NCBI RefSeq assembly: GCF_006345805.1
Contig: NC_043004.1
Location: forward strand, 55,614,001-55,678,000
Direction: 5' to 3'
Origin: Octopus sinensis
Taxonomy: Eukaryota
DNA: 64,000 nt
Shown piece after piece: positions 54,076 through 64,000 of this stretch; within the stretch, counting starts at the first letter, position 1; each line of letters begins with the position of its first letter. Made by a program: the position numbers and the translations under genes. Under the pieces are notes generated by a model. It made no database searches. It had not been told where the DNA came from and was given only the letters and a program-made list of their open reading frames with translations.

Positions 54076-54775
54076 ATATATTCTCAAACGATGATGATGA
54101 TGATGATGATGATTTACATTCAACGGATATTTGTCCTCATGTTGTTTGTTGTTAACACAACATTTCAGCTGATATACCCACCAGCATCTTCGGGTGTCTT
54201 GGGGAAATGTCGAACCTGGGTTCTCATTCCTAAGGTATTTTTTTCTTTGATGTTGTTATTTTTATTATTATTATTAATATTATTATTGTTCAGGTCACTG
54301 CTTGGAATTGAACATATCTTGGGGTTAGTAGCCCATGCTCTTAACCACTACACCATATGCACGTTGAATGTAAAAAATGTAAATAATGCACATAATTCTG
54401 CATCTCTTAAATATAGAACTGCACCATATTTCAGTTGAAATACACTACTTAGCTCTAATTAATTTTGATAATAATGAAGAATTTTGTACAATAACTTTGA
54501 CATTATTAAGCTAGTGTTCAAAATTTGAATTAATATGAAATTTGTATCAGAGAGTGAGAGACAGTCATGGGCAGGTTGATAGCATGAAATTTGTATAAGA
54601 GAGCTAGGGATAGTCATGGGTGGGTTGGTAGCACAGAAATAATGGTGACTGAATATTTTATAAGCAAATGGATACAATCAAGCTGTCATTCTTGCCCTCC
54701 TCCTCTTTAAATTTTAAAAGTTTTCTTATTTTGACATCATTTGGACTTAGAAATAAATGCATAAATAGCTCTCAC

Positions 54776-54863
54776 CTTTCGTGTCAGGCCTCCATAGTAC
54801 AGGAAGTCTTCAACAAAAACTAAAGCATTGAGAACATCGTTTGATACATCGTGGTTTTTGGTG
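54776..54863 (-). CDS. WASHC5: WASHC5/strumpellin coding exon 4 of 5 in window
   Basis: Acceptor attttccttcag|, donor AAG|gtgaga. 88 bp, (T)TKNHDVSNDVLNALVFVEDFLYYGGLTRK. Phase 2 to phase 0. Confidence 0.93.
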
Positions 54864-55077
54864 CTGAAGGAAAATATCAAATTATTGGATAAATCTATAA
54901 CAACACTGTTAAGAGTAAAACAACAACAACAAAGAGAATATAAAAAAAACTATATAATAAAACAATTGGTATGCTAGTAACAAACTAATATTCTAGGAAT
55001 GAGACATGGTCTGTATGTTGATAACAGGGTTGACAGCTAGTGACCAAGTGGTGGTTTAAGGAAGGGAGACAGATTAA

Positions 55078-55317
55078 CCCTTTCGTTACTGTATTTATTT
55101 TGAGATGCTCTGTGTTTCTTTCAATTACTTTAAATATAACAAAGAATTTAGTAAAATAACTTAGTTATCATTAAGCTAATGTTAGAAACATTAATTGTGA
55201 CTAAGATGAATAAATCACATATATTATATGTGGAAGATTTTAATTAAGAACTTATGAAAGCAAGACATTTGTATTACAGAGCCAGAGTCGGTTTCAGCCG
55301 GGTTGGTAATGAAAGGG
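55078..55317. mobile_element. piggyBac-like MITE
   Basis: TTAA|ccctttcgttac ... gtaatgaaaggg|TTAA. A partial related copy lies at about 2610-2797. Confidence 0.8.
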
Positions 55318-55614
55318 TTAAGTCTACCATCCAACAACAGATAAAGTTCTTCAGTTCCTGTACAGTTGCCCCAAATCAATCATGGCATCAGAATTTTTAC
55401 AGTTTCTTCCAATTAGAATCTGACAATTCAGTTATGTTTAATGATATGCAAATGGGAATACTCTTCATTGCAAAAGAAAAAAACAAAAAAAAAGGGAGTG
55501 GGGAGAAAAACCATGCTGCACTCTGTTGTTATAGAAACATTTCTCTACAAAAATGTCACAACACCTTCCAAATCTCATCATCTTCAAAAGAATTCTACTC
55601 TGTTGTTAAAGCAG

Positions 55615-55972
55615 TAACATAAACCTACACTCGCCTCCTTATGAGAGCTCAAAATCTCTCGTGGAAGCGCCATCCAACCAAAATGCAAATATATGGGAAA
55701 CTACCACCTGTGTCATCTCTTGTGAAAGGTAAGAGAGTCCAGTTTGTTGGACATTGTTGTAGAGCTGAAAAAGAGGTAATTTCTACTCTTCTCCTCTGGA
55801 AGCCATCTACTCGCAGTACCAGAGGGCGCACACTATCCTACCCTGATGTAATCTCCAGGGATACAGGCATCCAGCAACAGGACCTCCATAATGCCATGAT
55901 GGACCATGAAGTCTGGCGTAGCATGGTAAATTCCATTGTCTTGACCACGGTCGAACAATGATGATGATGAGC
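55615..55972 (+). mobile_element. RTE/RTE-X-like LINE 3' end with (TGA)n tail
   Basis: TYTRLLMRAQNLSW..QFVGHCCRA..LLLWKP..NAMMDHEVWRSMV, followed by tgatgatgatga. Confidence 0.7.
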
Positions 55973-56109
55973 AACATAAAGATTATTTATTACTTTTTTG
56001 ATTATTTTCGTCTTTTTAGAACCTAAAACTTGTTAGCTGGAATCTACTTCAGCTTGAATCCATTCCTTGTACCTACATTTCTGTTTTCACACTTAGTATT
56101 ATTAGTTAT

Positions 56110-56330
56110 AAGGCGACGAACTGGCAGAGTCATTAGTACGCTGGATGAAATGTTTAGCAGTATTTCGCCCGTTGCTATGTTCTGAGTTCAAATTCCACCG
56201 AGATTGACTTTGCTTTCATCACTTTCGGGATCGATAAATTAAGTACCAGTGAAATTCTGGGGTCAATGTAATTGACTAGTCCCCTCCCTCAAACTTTGGG
56301 CCTTGTACCTATAACAAAGAATATTATTAC

Positions 56331-56366
<36 letters not shown>

Positions 56367-56575
56367 GGCGGCGAGCTGGCAGAATCTTTATCATGCTGGG
56401 TGAAATGCTTAGTGGCATTGTGTCTGTCTGGATGTTCAAATTCCACCAAGGTTGACTTTGCCTTTCATCCACTTGGGGTTGATAAATTAAGTACCAGTTG
56501 AGTACTGGGGTTGATTGTAATTGACTGATCCTTGCTCCCAAAATGGCTGCCCTTGTGGCAAAATTCGAAACCATT

Positions 56576-56590
<15 letters not shown>
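56110..56590 (+). mobile_element. Two tandem SINE B' copies with (ATT)n tails
   Basis: B head and body with the alternative tail actagtcccctccc..ggccttgt..attattatt. Confidence 0.75.
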
Positions 56591-56620
<30 letters not shown>

Positions 56621-57058
56621 TCCCTCTCTCTCCTTCGGAGAGGCACTGAGCAGCTACATGCACACATACACACATGGCAGTAACTCCCGCCTACCGAATT
56701 CAATCACAAAGCTCCGGTCGGCTCAGGGCTATAGCGGAAGACACCTACCCAAAGTGCCATGCAGTGATATATATATACCCTTTTCAAAATATTCAAGACA
56801 CCGTATTGTCTGGAAAATACAAGCAAATATCTCAGTATTCAGAACCATTTGATGCTAGCTTATCAAAATTGATTTAACAACTTAAATGTCTTTCTGTTCA
56901 TAAACAAAAACCATTCAGTTGAAAACCCAGCAAATCTTAATTTTGCAAATTTAGATTCAGTGAAAAATGTTAAAAGTTTAACTCGTGTTGAAAACAGTTA
57001 GAAAGAAACAAAAATGTAAAAAAAAGCAACAAGTAATCAATGGTGTATATTGACTTAC

Positions 57059-57215
57059 GTATTGATTATCTCAAACAAAGATCGTATATACTGGCCCATC
57101 AACACCATGAATAAATCAGTGTTGTCTGAATGGTATTGTTTCAATAATGTGATCACCCCAACAATAAACGGTGGGGCATCTAGAGGGTCAGCTGTCTTTT
57201 TACAAATTATAGTTC
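57059..57215 (-). CDS. WASHC5: WASHC5/strumpellin coding exon 3 of 5 in window
   Basis: Acceptor tttttttcag|, donor AC|gtaagt. 157 bp, (G)TIICKKTADPLDAPPFIVGVITLLKQYHSDNTDLFMVLMGQYIRSLFEIIN(T). Phase 1 to phase 2. Confidence 0.95.
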
Positions 57216-57639
57216 CTGAAAAAAAAAAAAAAAGATAAAAGGGAAAATGTGAGGAAAACACGTTAAAATGAGAAATAAGCATCAAAACGCAGAGCCTTAT
57301 GAAAGAGATGACAAAAGAGTGAAATATGTGGTGCCCACCACAACAGAATTGAAATCCTAAAGCTAAGATGCTTCATAAATAGCATTGGTGTGGGTGCTGG
57401 TGTCATGTAAAAAGCACTGTTGATAGTGCCATGTAAAAAGTAGCCAGTATACTCTATAAAGTGGTTGGCATTAGGAGGGCTGTCCAGCTATAGAAACCAA
57501 GTAAAAAAAGACTATAGAACCTGGTGTGACCCTTGACCTTGCCAGTTCCTGTCAAGCTGTCTAACCTATGCCAGCATGGAAAGTGGACGACATTCAATGT
57601 TGATGATTATGATAATAAGAAATCAAAAAATCAAAAATC

Positions 57640-58082
57640 AAAGAATCAAATCAAAATCGATGAACATCAATGGAATTTGTAGTTTTGTGATACCAGTGCC
57701 GGTGGCACATAAGAAAACCATCCGAACGTGGCTGTAGTCAGTACTGCATCGACTGGCCTCCATGCTGGTGGCACGTAACAACACCATCCGATCGTGGCCG
57801 TGCCAGCCTCACCTGGCCTCCGTGCCGGTGGCATGTAAAAAACACCATCCGAGCGTGGCTGTTCGCTAGCCTCGTCTGGCACCTGTGTCGGTGGCACATA
57901 AAAAGCACCCACTACACTCACAGAGTGGTTGACGTTAGGAAGGGCATCCAGCTGTAGAAACACTGCCAGATCTGACTGGCCTGGTGCAGCCTTCGGGCTT
58001 CCAAGATCCCAGTTGAACCGTCCAACCCATGCCAGCATGGAGAACAGACGTTAAATGATGATGATGATGATCATCATCATCA
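57640..58082 (+). mobile_element. Repeat family E, second copy
   Basis: Colinear with 51850-52312. Confidence 0.75.
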
Positions 58083-58224
58083 TTCAAAGAGATTTCTGAG
58101 ACTATCATTTTGTTCTTATATTGAGCATTTGTAACTAGACGAGGATGAAGAATGATGTATCAAGACAATCCTGACTGGATAACGGTAGGTCAGTGAGTGC
58201 AGGAAAAGAAGTAGAGAGAAGCAC

Positions 58225-58890
58225 AGGCCTGGCTGTGTGGTAACAAGTTCATTTCCCAACAATATGGTTCCAGGTTCGGTCCCACAACATAGCACTTTGG
58301 ACAAGTATTTTCTATTATGGAGGCGCAATGGCCCAGTGGTTAGGGCAGCGGACTCGCGGTCGTAGGATCGCAGTTTCGATTCCCAGACCGGGCGTTGTGT
58401 GTGTTTATTGAGCGAAAACACCTAAAGCTCCACGAGGCTCCGGCAGGGGATGGTGATCCCTGCTGTACTCTTTCACCACTCTTTCTCCAATTCTTTCTTC
58501 TGTTGGCCTGCTCGCTTAGCCAGCGGGGTGGCGTCATTTGAAGGCTAAAACAATGCAAACGCATTGTGACCAGCGATGTGTAACAACATCTGATGGACTG
58601 GTCGTTCACGTGATCACGTGATTTTCTATTATAACTCCATGTTGATCAAAGCCTTGTGAGTGGATTTGTTAGACAGAAACTGAATGAAGCTTATTGTGAG
58701 TGTATGTGTGTATATATATACACACACACACGTATGCATGTGTATGACTGGCTTATGTATATATGTATGTATGTATGTAGGTATATCTGAGTTTGTCCCT
58801 GTCACTACGCTTGGCAATTGGTGTTGCTTTGTTTACTAAACCCTTGGAGGAAGTGCTCCAGCATGATTGCTGTCCAGTGACTAAAACAAA
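58225..58890 (+). mobile_element. Diverged SINE family A interrupted by a family C SINE
   Basis: The family A sequence resumes after the TSD at 58621-58632. Confidence 0.75.
58319..58620 (+). mobile_element. SINE with family C head and an unrelated tail
   Basis: TSD attttctattat at 58307-58318 and 58621-58632. Confidence 0.85.
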
Positions 58891-60159
58891 GTAAAAGATA
58901 AAAGAAGATACTCAACAGCAACAATAATAACATGTGGTGCATAAGCAGCGAGAAACAGCAGCTAAATTCCCTCAAATCTTATCCTACTGTCTTAAAATAG
59001 GAAATACATGTGAGAAAATGTAGTCCTAAGTACATAAAAAAAAGTGGGGATTGTCAAGATTATAAGTTTGTTGCATCAGGGTACACCTTGGGTTAAGCAA
59101 TAGCATCAGACTGAAAACTATGCATCAAATGAATGGATTGTTTACCAGCACAAGAATAACAATTTATATATTTGAATTGTCATAGATAAATAGGCATAGG
59201 CACACACACATACACACACACACACACACAAACAAAAAGGAATGCAGTGTAAATAATGGACAGAGTCAAGACTATTAAAAAGGTTGCAAGACACAACAAA
59301 AATTTTAAGAAAATAAAAATAAGAAATAAGTGAAAATTTTACCAGGCACAAAAAGAAAATGACTCTCCCCAGACACATAGATAAATTATTTTCAAAGTAA
59401 TTAACAGGTTTAGGTTTATTAACTCCCTTGTTTCAGTTTATCAATTTTCTGATTATCTCCATGGATCCAATTCCTACGTATAAAACACAAATCATTTGAC
59501 CTTTAGGAAATAGGAAGGAAATCTAACTCATGTTGCACCTTAATCTCTTAAACGAGGACAGGACACATCATATAGTGTATTCTTTGACCAAAATTTTAGA
59601 AAATGGGATTATTACAATCGAAAAGCTTTTGATCATAGGTCTGCTTAATCAAGGCTGAGCTAAGGTTATACAACAACTGTTATTTCAACTGCTGTTATCT
59701 AAGTTATGTAAGTAAGCTTACATATAAACATAGTGTCAGGGTATGTTGTAAGAGTAGTTCACTTGAAGAAATGAACAAAACACACCTTGTTACATGCATA
59801 GGTCTATTCAGCCAATGTTGAGCAAGACATGAAAAGCATCTGTCTTGAACTCTAACATAATTCTGTAAGTTCTACAAAGTATATTTAGATGTAAGAATGG
59901 TTCACCTGAAGATCATCAAAGAATGAATTAGTTGATATGTTGTGGGGAATAAAAAAAAATACACAAAAGATAAAACTTAAAATTGTAGAGTACCAAATCC
60001 AAAGTTCAGTTTATTATGTCAAGTACCACCACAATTCTTAAAAGAAATCAAACGACGGGATGAAATACCAAGCTGTCATTAGCCGTGGGTTATCTACCTT
60101 TGTTCGCTCTATTCCAAGGAGTGGCTGTACAAGACATGACCCAAACTCAAGCAGTTTGC

Positions 60160-60573
60160 ACTCTTTACTCTTTTACTTGTTTCAGTCATTTGACTGTGGC
60201 CATGCTGGAGCACCGTCTTAAGTCGAGCAAATCGACCCCGGGACTTATTCTTTGTAAGCCCAATACTTATTCTATCAGTCTCTTTTTGCCGAACCGCTAA
60301 GTGACAGGGATGTAAACACACCAGCATTGGTTGTCAAGCAATGCTAGGGGGACAAACACAGACACACAAACGTATACACACACACATATATATATATATA
60401 TACATATATACGACAGGCTTCTTTCAGTTTCCGTCTACCAAATCCACTCACAAGGCATTGGTCGGCCCGGGGCTATAGCAGAAGACTATAGCCCAAGGTG
60501 CCACGCAGTGGGACTGAACCCGCAACCATGTGGTTGGTTAGCAAGCTACTTACCACACAGCCACTTCTGCGCC
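60160..60573 (-). mobile_element. SINE family A, full length
   Basis: Reverse complement of the family A consensus. Confidence 0.88.
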
Positions 60574-61498
60574 TAATAATAACAACAAAAAAAAAAACTA
60601 TGATAATTTGTCATTAGGAATGCCAATCAAGAAGACCTGCAAGATGCAGTTTGTCCACAACTGCTTTAAGGTGAGGAATTTCAAATAGTATTTTCCTCTC
60701 TCTGCCTATCTGATCTACTATAGTGGCTCCTGTTCTTTGGGTCTAGTTAGCCTCAAGCCAGCTCTATTCAAGCATTTCTATCCTACTCGTCTCTCTTCTC
60801 CCTCACCATCCGCATTATTTTCAACCCTTCTTCTTCACCTCCTAATCTCTATTCTAAGTCCTTCCTTGCCAGAATATTTGCCCTCAGGAATTCCCCCTTA
60901 CTCATATAATTTCTGCAGGAAGGCTCAAGAGGAAGACCAATAGCATCGATCTCACTTGTCTAAGAGAGCCTCTTCCTACAGTTCCAGCGAAAAAAAAATC
61001 TCTCCACCTAAATAAATAAATAAAACAAAAATCACTCCACTAACACTATGGAAAAAACAAAACAAATACTACTGCTAATTAGAGTTAAGACTGTCTGTTT
61101 TATTGGTAGGTTACAATTCTTCAACACTCAAAAGTTACTTGAATCACTCAGTTTCTTCTATTAATATAATACTTAATACTTCTTAGCAGTATTCAAACTC
61201 TGTAGCAGTTCTCAAAAAAGGAAAATATTGGCGAATTTCATGTGCAAAATTACAAAAACCTTCACATCCAAAACAATCTAGTGGGTGTACACTGCCCAGA
61301 AAGTTAAGAAAAACTGTTTTAAGTTAAAAATTTTCTTCTGGAAATCCCATCTACCACCAAAACCATTGATTATGTTGCTATATATATCAAACTTAGTAAC
61401 AATATTATTTCACGCTTTAATTATCTCCCTTTAACGCTGCAATCATCTCGCCAAAATTTAAGTTTTTTTTATGTTAAATATAAAACGGGTTAACTTAC

Positions 61499-61595
61499 CT
61501 ATTGATTTATTGTAGGTGAGTTTTGGAAGATGGGATATGACCAAAAGGAAGGTGAACAGTGGGAAACAAGTGACTCGTTTTGTTGTAATATAAAT
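61499..61595 (-). CDS. WASHC5: WASHC5/strumpellin coding exon 2 of 5 in window
   Basis: Acceptor ttttttccttacag|, donor G|gtaagt. 97 bp, IYITTKRVTCFPLFTFLLVISHLPKLTYNKSI(G). Phase 0 to phase 1 joins the neighbouring exons. Not in the ORF track. Confidence 0.95.
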
Positions 61596-62865
61596 CTGTA
61601 AGGAAAAAAAAATATTAGGAATCTTTCCTGGTATTACTACAAGAGAAATGGATGAGAGTATACTGTGAAAACATGTGACAATATTAGGGAGAGGTAGGGT
61701 GGCAAGCAGGCAGAGTCATTAGCATGTTGCCTTTATGTTCTGAGTTCAAATGCCAACATGGCCAATTTTGCCTTTCGTCCTTTTGGGATCAATAAAATAT
61801 GTACTAGTTGAGCACTGAGGCCAATCTAATCAACTTAACCCCTCTTCTGAAATTTCTGGCCTTGTGCTAAAATTTGAAACCCATATTAGGGTGAGTGGAG
61901 GTTTACACTGAAATTGGACGAAAACAACAAACAAAAGTGATGGTATTTACCTGTACACACCTGTGATTGTGTCTCAGAGATTAGGATTGTCTATCAACAT
62001 GCTATCTTGCAAGGAACTAAAGGAGCCTTCACATAGATGCACACACACACACACTGAGAGTAGGCCCATTCATGCACACATACACTGAAAACAGGCCCAT
62101 TCATGCACCAACAGTGGGCCCATTCATTGGAGCCATGACCACCACTCTCTAAAAACAGAAATAATTGCTAATTTAGGTATAGTGAAGACACATTTTTGCA
62201 AAGGGTACATTTGGTCAATTCAACTGATGATGGCCAAAACGTTTTACACAAAGCCAGCAATTTTTGAGAGACGGGAGCAAATTGATGACATTGACCCGAG
62301 TACTTGATTAGTACATTATTTATTGACCCTGTAGAGGAGAAAAGCAAAGTTGACCTGTGTAGGATTTGAACTCAGAAATAATAAGCAAATTACATTTAAC
62401 CATTTTAAATAAAGAAGAACCCATTAGACAATATAGTTTGATACACAAAAAAGATTTGGTAGTCATGACAAGAGCACCTTCACTTCCAGGTCTGTTTGAT
62501 CAGGGCAGACCTGGGACTAAAAAACAACAACAACAGCAGCAAATATTCTATTTTATAGGATGAAAGACAAAGTTGATCTTGGCAGGGCCTGAATGCAGAA
62601 AGTAAAGGGGTGGAACTAAATACTGCAATGAAATTAGTCTGGCTCTCTATTACTTCAGCCACTACAAGAGAAATAACTTAACAACATTACAAATAACAGG
62701 TGTGGACTATGTCAACACACTGAAATATTTAGGGAGGTTGATATGATTAAGGCAGAGACCCAGGAAGGTCATAGTCTAATGAGAGAAATAAAAAAATGAA
62801 TAAAAAAAAACAGTCTCATTTGTTTACTAAATATGAAGTGTGTAAAGAAATGCAGAGATTCTTAC

Positions 62866-62995
62866 CTTCAACAGAGGATTATGGTTGCCAGCAGCTTCAA
62901 GATATGATGATAGCTGGTACATAAGAGGGTTTTCTTCATCAGGATAAGGCAATGATGGATCTTGATAGTGTCTCTGAATATCTGCTAGCAATGCA
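62866..62995 (-). CDS. WASHC5: WASHC5/strumpellin internal coding exon (first of five in window)
   Basis: Acceptor ...ctttcatacag| and donor AAG|gtaaga. 130 bp, starts in phase 2, encodes [43 protein letters not shown], which I recognise as the strumpellin C-terminal region (human [18 protein letters not shown]..., from memory). Confidence 0.95.
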
Positions 62996-63473
62996 CTGTA
63001 TGAAAGAACAATGGGGAAGAGATTTAACAACAAAACTTACACAGATTCATATATTTGGATGTTTCATCACATACGAAAGCATTTGATTATTACTGGAGTC
63101 ACATCATCACTGGCACAATTTTACATTCACTTTCTGTTCTGGCATGGGTTGTCATGGCCTACGTGGTTTTTATTTGGAGTGACTTCCCTCCCAGGAAAAT
63201 TTCTCGCAAATTTCATTTTTGGCTTCGTTTCTATACCCAGATGCCGATACAGTCACCAATCACATTACAGAACATACTAGGTACATTTTATCATGGCATC
63301 AGCACTAGAGAGAGAGTTGCCATGTTCTCAACAAGGTTAAAGAGTTCTTTCAACCCTATGTTGACTCTGCTTGTTTACCAAATACTTTAAAAGGCCTAAC
63401 TCAAGCATGACACCTCATAACTTTTCTCCAAGTTATACTCTCAAATGGATTTAAGTTCAGCCCAACAAGCTTA

Positions 63474-63869
63474 TCTTTATATATAAAAGTGAAGTTGTGT
63501 TCTGTCTGTTTCCTACGATTTAGATTCCTAACTACTCCCACATTTTGCGGTGCAGTTTAACCAAAAGCGGGTATCTTATAGTCGTGATTCATATTGAGCC
63601 CTTCTGGGTATTAGCGCACGTCTACGATGAGTCTACGATTTAAAAAAAAAATTACCATCAATTTTTTCCATTTTTAATGCATTTTTGGCATATATAAGGG
63701 AAGTAACTCTCTAAAAATTTATTATTAAATCTCAGAACGTAAAAAGCTACAGTAACACCCACCCTTTGTGGTTAGCCATATTGAGATGGCTATTATACTT
63801 TACATCTCTAAAAATGCATACATAGTTATTTCCCTTTCAAACCCGAGCAAAGCCGGGCGATACTGCTAG
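63474..63869 (+). mobile_element. Non-autonomous Helitron (copy 3) in a WASHC5 intron
   Basis: Same termini and A|T target as the other two copies. Confidence 0.85.
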
Positions 63870-64000
63870 TAATGCGTAAAACAGTTATTAGCTTGCAGAT
63901 TAACATGATAAGCTTTGCGTTCTAAGCCAAGCAAACTCAACAATTGTGAATTAATTAAGTACTTTCTGCTTGTGACACAGTACTGAGTGTTTGATAGGAT

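Noticed and set aside
58319-58395. tRNA-like sequences (also 25820-25888, 43420-43496 and the SINE A/B heads) as tRNA genes
   Set aside because: They have A and B boxes but no complete cloverleaf, and they continue into repeat bodies bounded by TSDs.
63000-64000. A further upstream WASHC5 exon
   Set aside because: No segment with a phase-2 donor and strumpellin-like peptide was found, so the gene probably continues beyond the window.

Overview
AT-rich, microsatellite-dense animal genomic DNA. The SINE repertoire suggests an octopus or other coleoid cephalopod (inference). One host gene is supported: the last five coding exons of WASHC5/strumpellin on the minus strand (62995 down to 51579), with consistent splice phases. 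The rest is mostly transposable-element debris: tRNA-headed SINEs, Helitron, mariner, Merlin, piggyBac-like, Gypsy, Penelope, RTE, CR1 and RLE remnants. The main signal is a Tx1-clade LINE family. There are seven copies, including one full-length 6.1-kb element, all sitting in (TATC)n/(GATA)n microsatellites in a fixed orientation and without a poly(A) tail. One copy has a readable 13-15 bp TSD. The abundant SINE family B shares its last ~40 nt with this LINE and inserts repeatedly at TATTT-type sites, including inside its own copies, which suggests a target-biased Tx1 LINE-SINE pair. RLE-type LINE remnants next to it are associated with (TATG)n. No database searches or folding calculations were run, and repeat boundaries are approximate unless a TSD or TIR is quoted.
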